DNA of 64,000 nucleotides, taken from Squalus acanthias (Eukaryota). The stretch spans positions 66,714,001 to 66,778,000 of the forward strand of contig CM059438.1 of the NCBI GenBank assembly GCA_030390025.1, in the 5' to 3' direction. Below are positions 48,690 through 60,269 of the stretch, one piece after another; positions within the stretch are counted from its first letter, which is position 1, and each line of letters opens with the position of its first letter. The notes beneath the pieces were generated by a model. It did not search any database and was not told the origin of the DNA. It saw only the letters and a list, made by a program, of their open reading frames with translations. Made by a program: the position numbers and the translations under genes.

Positions 48690-51600
48690 CTAGGCCGTGG
48701 GACCCGACTGCTCCTCCTTACCATCCCCGTCCTCCGGGTCATCATCGTCCCAAACCATGGGAGGAAGACCCGCGTCCACCAGGCTCATGACTGTGCTCTG
48801 GTGCCTCTTGGCCTTTGTTTTCCCCTCCTCGGGGTTAAACAACTTGCACTGATTTACATGAAACCAGTTTGTGCGTTTCGGAAGTTTTACTGCATATACC
48901 ATGGGGCTCACTTTATCCACGATATTATAAAGCCCCACATACAGCGGCTCGAACGCCCCTACTCGGGCGTAATTACGGACCATTACCTCCCACTCATGGG
49001 TTCTCTGGGGTTCGAACAGCAGCCGATTTTTCTGGTGCTGGCTCCCCAGGTTACTGGCTGCCTGCCAGTGAATCCGTTTCAATGTCTCGTACAGATTCTG
49101 GATAAACCTGTCCCGATTTACCTCCCTGACCTGCGCTTCAGTAAGGACAACACATGGGTTGGGGTGCGCATAATACTCCCGGTCATTAGCTCGTGTGGGG
49201 AGTACCCTCTGCTTCTGGAGGGGCTGGCTCGAACACACATTAAGACTAGAGGCAAGACCTCGTCCCATCTTGCGGGAACGAGCCTATCTCCTTCCTCAGT
49301 CTTTCATTCAGTGTCCAGTTCATGTGCTCCACAATCCCCGATGACTAGGGGTTGTGAACCACATGCCACTTCCCTTGCATTCCCAAGAGTTTTAAGGTGG
49401 CCTGCGTCACCTGCCCCATCAAATGGCTCCCTTGGTCGGACTCCATGACCTGTGGCAGCCCCCACCGGGAGAACACTTCCCTCACCAGGATTCTAGCTGT
49501 TGCTAGTGCCGTGGCTGCTCGGCAGGGGAAGGCTTCCACCCACTTGGAAAATACGTCCACCAGGACTAAACAGTACTTGTTGCCTGTTTTAGTGGTGGGT
49601 AGTGGTCCGATGAAATCGACCTGCAGGGACCGCCACGGCCCCTCTACCCTCCTGGTGTGTCCTATGGGGGCTTTCCTGCGCTGCGGATCGGGGTTATTGG
49701 CTGCGCACACCAAACAGTGCGCACAGAAAACTCGGACATCCTGCCTGAGCTGGGGCCACCACCCTGCCTCCTCTAGCCTTTGCCAGGTAGTTTCCGGCCC
49801 TGGATGTCCCGCTCCCGGGCCTCCATGGGCCAACTGAAGGAACTCCTCTCTGTGCTGCGCTGGGACTACCCACCAATCTCCTTTGAAAAGCATCCCCTCT
49901 TTGATACTAATGTCCGCTGCCCTGAACGGACCTTCTATGGACTCCTCATTCTCTCTCTTTACCAGGACGGCCTTAAGGACGGGATCCTGGGCTTGGACTT
50001 GCTTCAAGTCCGGGGCCAAAGCTACTCCCTGTGTGCCTCCCTTGTCCTGGATTGTGGCTACCGGACCTGCTTTGTACGGATCCCAGAATACTTCTTCCCT
50101 GGCCCCCAGTTTGGCCAGCTCGTCTGCCTTTTGGTTGCCCTCCGACTTGGGCTCTGTCTTTGAATGGGCTTTAACTTTGTGAATATAGTGATCTCCCCAA
50201 GAGCCTGTGGCCTCCAAAATTTTACCTAGCAGCGGTGCTGTTGCTAGGGGCTTCCCATCTGCGGACTTGAATCCGCGCCTGGCCCAGATTGCCAAGTATT
50301 CCGTGCATGAGTTGCACGTGAACATAGAGTCTGAGCAAGTAGTGTAGGGGGTGGGAAACTTGTCAGGGTGGGTGACCATATACGCCACCGCTGCCAGTTC
50401 GGTGTGCTGAGCGCTCAGGGTGTTGGGGAGTTTAATGGCTTTCGCTATTTTAGCCGTAGGGCCATAGATTCCGCACCCGGTGACACGCTCCTCCTTCACG
50501 ACCGAACTGGACCCTTGTATACAGATGTCCCGGCCCCTCATAGAAACATAGAAACATAGAAGATAGGAGCAGGAGTAGGCCATTCGGCCCCTCGAGCCTG
50601 TTCCGCCATTTAATGAGATCATGGCTGATCATCCAAATTCAGTACCCTGTCCCTGCTTTCTCCCCATATCCCTTGATCCCTTTAGCCTTAAGAAATATAT
50701 CTAACTCCTTCTTGAATATATTTAATGAATTGGCCTCAACTGCCTTCTGTGGTAGAGAATTCCATAGGTTCACCACTCTCTGGGTGAAGAAATTCCTCCT
50801 CATCTCAGTCCTAAATGGCTTACCCCTTATCCTTAGACTGTGACCCCTGGGTCTGGACTCCCCCACCATCGGGAACATCCTTCCTGTATCTAGTCTGTCT
50901 AGTCCAGTTAGAATTTTATAAGTTTCAATGAGATACCCTCTCATTCTTCTAAACTCTAGCGAATACAAGCCCAATCGTCCCAATCTCTCTTCATACGTCA
51001 TTCCTGCCATCCCAGGTATCAGTCTGGTGAATCTTCGCTGCACTCCCTCCATGGCAAGAACACCCTTCCTCAGATAAGGCAACCAAAACTGCACACAATA
51101 CTCAAGGTGTGGTCTCACCAAGGCCCTGTACAACTGCAGCAAGACATCCTTGCTCCTATACTCAAATTCTCTCGCTATGAAGGCCAGCATATCATTTGCC
51201 TTCTTAACCGCCTGCTGCACCTGCATGCTTACCTTCAGCGACTGGTGCACAAGGACACCCAGTTCTCGTTGCACTTCCCCTTTTCCCAATCTATTGCCGT
51301 TCAGATAATAATCTGTCTTCCTGTTTTTGCCACCAAAGTGGATAACCTCACATTTATCCACATTATACTGCATCTGCCATGCATCTGCCCAATCACCCAA
51401 CCTGTCCAAATCATACTGGAGTTTCTCTGCATCCTCCTCACAGCACACACGCCCACCCAGCTTTGTGTTGTCTGCAAACTTGGAGATATTACATCTAGTT
51501 CCCTCGTCTAGATCATTAATATATATTGTGAATAGCTGGGGTCCTAGCACCAATCCCTGCGGTACCCCACTAGTCACCGCCTGCCACTCGGAAAAAGACC

Positions 51601-53835
51601 CGTTTATTCCAACTCTTTGCTTCCTGTCTGCCAACCAGTTCTCTATCCAAGTCAGTACCTTACCCCCAATCCCATGTGCTTTAACTTTGCATGCTAATCT
51701 CTTATGCAGGACCTTATCGAAAGCCTTCTGAAAGTTCAAATACACCACATCCACTGGTTCTCCCTTATCTATTCCACCAGTTACATCCTCAAAAAATTCC
51801 AGTAGATTAGTCAAGCATGATTTACCTTTTGTAAATCCATGTTGACTTTGTCCGATCCTGTCACTGTTTTCCAAGTGCTCTGCTATTACATCTTTTATAA
51901 TGGACTCTAGCATTTTCCCCCAGCCCGGAATCCTTCATCTACATCCCACACCCCTTCTACCGTACACGTGTGGGCCGTCCCTGGGTAAATCATTTTGGCT
52001 GCTAGCTTTGGCTCGGTCAACCCCTGCACTCTCAAGTTCAACTGTGAGAGCAGTAATGTCCAGCGAGCAATGCGAGCACTGCTCACCGTCCCATCTTTGA
52101 TTCTCCCGTCCAACAGCATCTGAGTGGGTGTGTGGTGGGTCAAGAGAACTATTGGGGATGAACCCGTAAAAAGCTGAGAGCGTTTTAGGGCCCACTGCGT
52201 GGCTAGGAGATGCCTCTCACAGTTGGAATATTCCCGTTCTACCTCGGTGAGAACCCTAGATGAGTATACCACGACCGTAGCTTGCCATGATGCTCCTGGA
52301 GCAACACCGCGCTCAAGTTATCCCCGCTGGCTGCTACCTCTAAGAAGAATTCTTCCCCACTGTTAATGGCTCCCAATGCGGGTGCCGTCTGCAAATCCCC
52401 TTTGAGGCGAGTGAACGATTCCTGGCAGTTCTGATCCCACTCCCACTTGACTCCCTTGCGGAGGAGTGAAGCAGAGGGGTTGCCGTGGCTGCGTAACCCT
52501 CTATGATGTCCCGGCAGTACCCTGTGAATCCCAGAAAAGACCTTACCCCGGTCACATTCTTGGGGGCTGGTAGCTCCTGTACTGCCTTCCTCCTAGCCTC
52601 GTCGATGGCCCTTTCACCAGCCCTTACGGTCAGCCCGAGGAATTTGACTTCCTCCTGGCCGATCTGGGCTTTCTTGGGGTTGCCCTTGAACCCCGCCTCC
52701 TGCAACAGCTTCAGCAGCTCATCCAGCAGTGGCCCGTGGTTCTCCCCCTCTGCGGAGAACAAAAGCAGGTCGTCCACGTACTGGATTAACTGGTGGGGTC
52801 GGCTGAAGCCTTTTAATGCGTCTGCCATGCATTGGTGGAATATGGAGGGGCTGTTGTGGAAACCCTGGGGAACAATATCCATGTATACTGCTGCCCTTTA
52901 AAAGTGAATGCAAACTTGTATTGGTCGTCCCGTCTGAGGGGAATCGACCAAAGCCCATTGGAGATATCCAGCACCGTGAATGTGGTTGCGGTTGCTGGAA
53001 TGCTCCCTATCAGATCGGCGACAGCTGCGACTGTGGGCGCACAAGCCGGGATGTTCTTATTAAGGACCCGATAGTCCACGGTGGCTCTCCACAACTGGTT
53101 GGGTTTCTTCACCGGCCAGAGTGGTAAGTTCACGTGGGTGGCTATTAGTCTCAACACCCCCTGTTTTACCAGGGATCCCAGTGCCGTCTCCAAGTCAGCT
53201 TCTGCCTCCCGGGGGAAACTATACTGGTTTTGTGGCCGTTACATGGGGTCCCCTTGCACCCGGACCTCTACCCCGGTCACCCTGCCACAATCGTGTTTCT
53301 GGGTGGCGAATGCGGCGAGGTTGTCCTGTACATTCGCCTGGTACTGGGCTGGGATGCAACTAACCAACTGTTCCAGGTCGTAACTCCCTTTGGGTTTCAT
53401 GGTGCATACACTACCCCTTCCTCCCTTATCTCTGGGGATCACTATCACCTCCTCTGTCTTGTCCGAGACCAATGCCCCCCACAGGCAGTGATTCCTCAGG
53501 TCCACAATGACCCGGTTGGCTAACATGAAATCAGCCCCGAGGACTCCCCACCCTGGTTGCTCCCATTTCATTAGCATGCACTTCCACCCTAGCTCTATTC
53601 TCAGGGGTTTGAACATTGCCCCCGCCTGCTTGTTCCCTGTGAATCCCATTAGGCTAAATGGGACCTTGTTAGACCAGGGTGAATCGGTCGGGTCCTTCGA
53701 ATGGACCACCGTGCTGGAAGCTCCGGTGTCCACCAAATATCTCCCCTGCACCATCTCCACCCGCATCTTAACACAGGACCTGTCCCACTCATCATATGTG
53801 AGCGGACACAGGTACTCAGGCTGGGCGCGTTCTAG
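48690..53835 (-). pseudogene. Outer element pro-pol, fragmented and interrupted by a CR1
   Basis: LVDTGAS, PQGFHNSP, YVDD, FLEVAAS, HKVKAH, VDFIGP, SDQGSH in minus-strand ORFs. Confidence 0.92.
50539..51918 (-). mobile_element. 5'-truncated CR1 LINE inserted in the outer pol
   Basis: 424-aa RT ORF 50639-51913; (TTCTATGT)n tail at about 50539-50560; lies between the tether and RNase H. Confidence 0.95.
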
Positions 53836-55511
53836 TCAGGGTGAAGGGGGACATGCGGATGCGGTCGGCGTTATGTTGCTCACGGCAGCGTCTAGCCTTC
53901 ATTTGTCCTTCCCCAGCACCGTGCGAAGGGCAGCAACCAGAACATCAAACGGTTCATTGGTCGCCTCCTTCACCTCGGTGACCTGGGGTTTTTGCACGGG
54001 AGGACCCCCTCGGCCTGACCCCCCCCTTTTGGGCCAGGCAATCCGCCTCCAGTGTCCCATCTTCCCACACTTGAAACACGTCTTAGACTCGTCAGTGTTA
54101 CACACTTCCTGACGCCATTCCTTCCTATCCCCCTTACTGGCCTTCATCTCATGTACCCTCCCCTTGTGTTTGACTTCCTCCCTGGAACTGGCCTTAAAAG
54201 CTAAGCCCAATTTCCGGAGCACGCCTGCCTCCGTGTTCGCGAGGTCCTCGGAGTCAAACCATGCTTCTGCCTTGGCTTTAATCCGTGGCAGGCTGTTTGC
54301 TACCAGGGTCCTGAGCCAGTGATTTCTGGGGACCCCTATCAGTTGCGCGTGGTCTGGCGCACCTCCAGTTGGCTTTGCGTACACCGGCCATAGCCTGTCC
54401 GCAAATGCAGCTGATGCCTCGCCGGCCAACTGTAGAGTCCGTTCCACTTGTGAGAACGGACTACCCTGGGTATGCCCCATGGCTCTCAGGATCTCCTCTT
54501 TCAACCCCACTGTGGTGCCTCGCCCCACTTTTGTGGCTGCGGACAGGCTCTGATACAATTTCCCATCAAGGGAGAGCAGCATCAGCCTGTGGGTCTCGCC
54601 CTCGCTACACCCGTTGATCCCCCCTACCTGCTCGACCTCCATAAAGTGAACTGAGGGGTCCCCGTCCTGTTTTAGTTTGGACAACTCTGCTACCATGGCT
54701 TGCAACTGCGGGGTGGTGAATGGGACCACGTAATCGCTCTGCAGCGGGCCCTGGTCACCGTTTGGTGTGGGTGGACCGTACTTTTTCTGCCGCAGAGGAT
54801 ACATTAGTCTCGGTGGCGCTTCCGGCGCCGGTGGGACTTCCCTGTCCTGAACTTTATCCTGTGCTTCCTGACCCTCCTCATCCCACTCCTCCCAGGTTTC
54901 CCCTGGTGCCATTAAACAGACCATGCCTCTGGCCCCAGACAAGGCTTGGGTCAATTTTTTAATCTTTTCTTCGCAGGGACCATGATCAGAGTCCTCATAG
55001 CCCCTACTTCTAGCTACCTTATGAGCTACTTTAATGTCCCTTAGCTGACCCTCCAAACCGTCAGCTCTCGTTGTTAATCTTGCGTTCTCCTCTCGTAAGG
55101 CCTGCTCATTTAACCTGGCCTCCGTAACCTGGCACTGCAGGTATTCCCCCATATTATGGGAGGTCTCTTCCTGCGCGCGTCTTTCCTGCCTTTCCTCGCA
55201 CAACTCCTCCACTAGTCTACTCCCGACTATACCCCTTGCGTCTGACTTGTCTTCAGACTCCTTCAGCTTGTGTTGAGCTTTTCAACCTGCTCCTGAAGCA
55301 GTTGAACTTGCTTTTGGAAGCACAGGAGCCAAATCGCCTTCTCTTTGGACTTCCTGTGCTCCTTGCTCCCTGTCCACTCTGCGGCCCTATCCTGGAGACT
55401 CTCAGAGCGCAACATCTCCAGCACCCATTGCTGGGATACGTTAACCTTTGTAAACATGTAGGAGGAAATTCTGTCCTCCATTCCGGATCTCTTGCCCTCC
55501 AAACTGTCCAT
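53836..55511 (-). pseudogene. Outer element gag, disrupted
   Basis: MDSLEG..EHRKSKEKAIWLLC homologous to the inner gag; CFKCGKMGHW; break near 55263 and premature stop at 53899; ends TGA-CTAG. Confidence 0.9.
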
Positions 55512-55530
55512 ATCTAAGCCACAACCTATC

Positions 55531-55548
55531 GTCCTGCCGCGGTCGCCA
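55531..55548 (-). promoter_or_regulatory. Primer-binding site, tRNA-Arg(UCG)
   Basis: Identical 18-mer to the inner PBS, 4 nt from the LTR end. Confidence 0.85.
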
Positions 55549-55552
55549 ATTC

Positions 55553-56615
55553 TGTAACCGGTTTCTGCAGTGGCCAATTTCCTATGGCCCCTGCCGCAAT
55601 CGGCAATTATTGTAAGTGGTTTCGCCCCGCCCATCGCGAGCACGCAAAAAACCTTACTACAAGTTCTGGATGATAGAGATTACTGAGGACAGATTGGAAC
55701 ATGGACAGCATTTTCGGGCTCACCTGTACAGTGTTTATTAAGGTTGACAAAACCACTCCACTCGCATACAGTACGAGCGGTGTGAATACAACAGTACAGT
55801 TTAAAACAATACAACCCTGACTTGTCCAACAAGCCCCTGCCGTGCTGACTTACCACGGCCTAAAAATACCCTCCCGTGAACTAAACTATCACAGGACCCT
55901 TCCAACGCTAAACCCCCTCTGGTTTGGTAGGAACATACAGGCACCCCCTCACACAGCTAATTGATCTTGTGGGTGTGCAGGCTTGGCAATGCTCACCTAG
56001 ATTGCCCTTGATCTTGCTTGCAGCTTCCTCCCATACGTCTCGGCTACCTGGTTCCGTACCGGCCTTGCGGCATGCGAGTCCTTGCTTTTGGAAGCACAGG
56101 AGCCAAATTGCCTTCTCTTTGGACTTCCTGTGCTCTGAGTCGAAGTCCGTCTCGGTTGGAAGAGCAAGGCTCAGCTCCTCTTGACGTTCCGTTGTGGGAA
56201 GGGCAGGAGAGAGAGAGAGAGCTATCCAAAACGGCTCTCTGATATACCCCTCCAATACACAGACCGCTGTCTGTGGTTTTAATGGACACATGGCCTCAGG
56301 GAAATGGTTTCCAGGCCTCCTCCCAGGTTTGGATGGTTTAGATCTCGTTTCGATCTCCCAGCCGATTTAATTTAACGAGCTCATCTTCTTCAGAAACAGT
56401 GAGTCGCCAGCCTCGTTATTCATGACTTGGGAGTGGGCCTCTCGGGTCATTGTTCCCAAGGACAGTCCGTTACCATACGAATGTATTCTGGTTACGTCAG
56501 CCACCTTCAGCTTGAGTGTTTCTCCACAGCTTCCCCCCCAAACAGACTGTCCAGTTTTTAATAAGGGTATATGTTCATAATCTAAAAATCCATGGAGTCT
56601 GCGCCAACTGCTACA
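55553..56615 (-). repeat. 5' LTR of the outer element
   Basis: TGTA..TACA termini; PBS adjacent; minus-strand AATAAA at about 55734-55739. Confidence 0.93.
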
Positions 56616-56818
56616 GGAGTGCACTGAATTACGGGCCTTTCACCTTTTTAACAATAATTTCAATTTACAGGCCAAGGCCCATAATGCAGCACCACAGTTG
56701 AAAAGAGAAGAAATAGAGAAAGAAAGAAGAAAGACTTGCATTTATATTGCACCTTTCAAGACCTCAGGACATCCCAAAGCCTGTTTGAAGTGTAGTCACT
56801 GCTGTAATGTAGGAGATG

Positions 56819-58400
56819 GCCTCCATAAGCAGCACCTGTGCAGAGACGCTCGGTCACTCAACCAGGAAACACCAAGACTGGTTCAACGAGAACGACCAGG
56901 AGAACCAGGAGCTAATAAGTCGCAAGCGCAAAGCATTCCTGATCTGGAAACAGCAACAGAACTCGAGAGCAAGAAAGCAGCTCTACAGACGCCTGAAGGC
57001 CGAGGTCCAACAAAAAACTCGCGACCTAAAGAACAGATGGTGGGTGGAGAAAGTGCAGGAGATCCAGCAGCTAGCCGACAACCACGACATGCGTGGATTC
57101 CTTAGCGCAGTCAAGACCACCTATGGCCCAAGTACCGAAGGCCCTACCCCACTGCGGGCCAAGAACGGAGAGGTACTCATCAAGGACAGAGAGGCAGTCA
57201 GTGCCCGTTGGAAGGAGCACTTCGAAGATCTCCTTAACCGAGACTCTGTCTTCGACGCGAGTGTCCTCAACTCCATCCCGCAGCATGCTACCCTGCCACC
57301 ACCTCAGCACAACCCCAGCCTGGCATGAGGTTGAAAAGGCCATCCGACAACTTAAGAACAACAAGGCCTCAGGAGCAGATGGAATCCCCGCCGAGGTGCT
57401 AAAACATGGCGGAGAAGCACTATTGGTGTGAATACATGAACTCATTTCTATTATTCGGAAGGAGGAGAGCATGCCAGGGGATCTCAGAGATGCCGAAATC
57501 GTGACAATCTTCAAGAAAGATGACAAGTCCGATTGCAGTAATCACAAAGGAGTCTCCCTGCTGTCTCCCACAGGGAAAGTCATCACAAGAATCCACCTCA
57601 TTTGCCTTCTCCCAGTGGCTGAAGAGCTCCTCCCAGAGTCGCAATGCGGATTCCGCCCACTAAGGGGCACAATGGACATGATCTTCACCGCACGTCAACT
57701 ACAAGAGAAATGCAGGGAACAGCACCAACTGCTGTACATGGCCTTCTTTGACCTCACAAAGGCCTTCGACACCGTCAACCATGAAGGATTATGGAGTGTC
57801 CTCCTCAAATTCGGCTGCCCTCAAAAGTTTGTCACCATCCTCCGCCTGCTTCACGACGACATGCAAGCCGTGATCCTGACCAACGGATCCACCACAGACC
57901 CAATTCACGCATGGACCGGGGTCAAGCAAGGCTGTGTCATCGCACCAATGCTCTTCTCGATCTTCCTGGCTGCAAGGCTCCATCTCACCCTCAGACTCCT
58001 AAAACAAGCGCTCTACTCGGAGCTCCGACACGGCAAGAGAGCCCCAGGTGGGCAGAGGAAATGCTTCAAGGACACCCTCAAAGCCTCCTTGAAAAAGTGC
58101 AACATCCCCACCGACACCTGGGAATCCCTGGCCCGAGGCCGCACAGAGTGGAGGAGAAGCGTCCGGGAAGGCGCTGCACACGAGTCTGTTCGCCGGGCGC
58201 AAGCGGAAGCCAGGCGCAAACAGCGGAAGGAGCGCACGTCAACCCAAGCACCCCACCCACCCGCCCCTTCAACCACCGTCTGCCCCACCTGTGACAGAGA
58301 CTGTAGGTCCCGCATTGGACTCATCAGTCACCTGAGAACTCATTTTTAGTGTGGAAGCAAGTCATGCTCGGTTCCGAGGGACTGCCTACGAAGAAGAAGA
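56819..58400 (+). mobile_element. RTE-clade LINE, 5'-truncated and internally deleted, inserted in a SINE tail
   Basis: ESQCGFR, DLTKAFDTV, GVKQGCVIAP, C2H2 CPTCDRDC..HLRTH; (GAA)n tail; 10-bp TSD GTAGGAGATG. Confidence 0.92.
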
Positions 58401-59533
58401 GTAGGAGATGAGGTAACTCAATATGTAAATTGATTTACCTCATGGAGGGGTAATTTTCACTTTCACCATTCGGATGTAGAATCTGACCCGATTTTTATCC
58501 CAAATTGTGCGGGTTTTACAATGGATGAACTGATCTGCTTGTGCCAGTTTTCAACGCCCCCACCCCCCGATAATGCCAGCTTTGTTTTATGAACGCCAGT
58601 GGAAGGTAAGGATTGCTCCCTTTTTTGCTTCTAGAAAAAGGTGGAAACAAGACACAGTACCCAGATTTTAGATAAGAAAAAATTGTGCAAAACATCCTGA
58701 GGAGCCAGTTGGGTTAATGTTTTATAAATGTGAAAGCAGAACTGAACTGATTGCAGGTCTAACACTTGTTAATTATCTTCCTGTTTTGTATCATGATCTG
58801 ACTGTTTGCCACTCGTTTCATTACAGTAAACTATATCTCATTTTATGCTTTTATAAAAATATGAATTAACTGTACAAGGATAAAACACTTCAACCATCCA
58901 CGGCTAGCCTGCATTTAATATGCAAAACACATCAACCTCGTAAAATTAGCCGAGGTGCTATTTGTCCTATTATTTTACGGCATGAATGTAATATCTTGTG
59001 AACAGCCCTAATCCACTAACTAATCATTTAATCTCTTCATACCAATTTTCAGTAATTCTGCTGCTGAATTCATAGCACAGTAGCGACGCTTTGATGCAAA
59101 GAAGGTGTCATTGTGACATTGGGAAGGTCAATGGCCAGAAATGCTAGAGCCTATAAAGCAACAGCACATGCAGGATCTGCGGACGTGCAGTCGCTCAAAA
59201 ATAATGATTGCATGTGCGATGAATTCAGAATGCATTTACACAGCAAGGTTAGCATCAGTGCGACTAAACTTGTGGACTCTAAATCAGATGTTAATGCCCA
59301 AGCGGAATAAGACTCTCTCCTCGAGGAAGTCTCACGCCATTTCACTCCACATCCAGGTGGGACTCTGACTCCAGAGTCAGGCTGCATTTACACTCTAAGT
59401 GCAGTGTTAGTGCAAAAACAAGCCGGCTTCACACCAGCGCAACACTCAACAGTGTTGTAAAGTTGACCAAGTGATAACATTCAATTTGGCAATGAAAGGT
59501 TGGTGGCTACTGTGAGGGACATAGCAGCAGTAG

Positions 59534-59762
59534 TGACATAAGAAAACTACTAGGCACTTGGTCTAAGCGTTAAACAAAGCTTTAATCAACTGGTTTTCAA
59601 CATGGAGGTCTAGTTGTGTCCTTCACTAGTTCCTGTTAAAGAATGTCCTGAGCAAGCTGGGCCCATGCCCGAGTATTTATACTCTCCCTGGACAGCGCCA
59701 CCAGCAGGCCACCCAGTATTATTTCATAAGTCATTTCCACATGAATGACAAGATTCATGTCA
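59534..59762 (-). mobile_element. Short solo LTR (229 bp)
   Basis: TGACAT...ATGTCA termini; 5-bp TSD AGTAG; TATAAA and ATTAAA on the minus strand; empty site in the paralogous segment at about 25985-26010. Confidence 0.85.
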
Positions 59763-60269
59763 AGTAGTAGAAGATAGATTCGGTCTTGACACCAATATGA
59801 TTACCAGAATTAACACACTTGCTGTCTAAGCAAGAGCATATACGGAGATCTGAACCCTCAGTGTTGTTGCTGTTTCCACTCAAAGTGATGCCACTGTGGC
59901 ATTGAATGCTGTGCACCAAGCAGTCCCAATAGGACGCAGCAAGCCTGAAGTTGTGTCGGTGTGGCAGGGCAGGCCTGCTGGCCACCAGTCTGCTGTGGCT
60001 GAGGTATTTTGCTGGCATGGAAGGGAGGGAGCTTTTCTGTTCATCTCATTGTGCTTTAGTCGATCTGGTCATGCTGATAGCAGGTGCCTAAAATGGGAAT
60101 GAGTTCCAGTCCCAAGCACTAACATCCTTCAGCTAGTTGAGCAAAAGTAAAAGCTCTGAGCAACAGTTTGAGTGTTGATAGATCTATCAATCTAGTAAGA
60201 ATACATACACTACCTCTTTCATCATGCTGCAAATGCTTGGTCAATTTGGAAATAAACCGTAGACACTTA

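Larger units (their letters stand above)
31457..56615 (-). mobile_element. Outer env-bearing LTR element (lokiretrovirus-like), decayed, with nested insertions
   Basis: TGTA..TACA LTRs 55553-56615 and 31457-33218; PBS, PPT and gag-pol-env on the minus strand; flanks AGAG/GGAG (possible 4-bp TSD with 1 mismatch). Confidence 0.93.
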
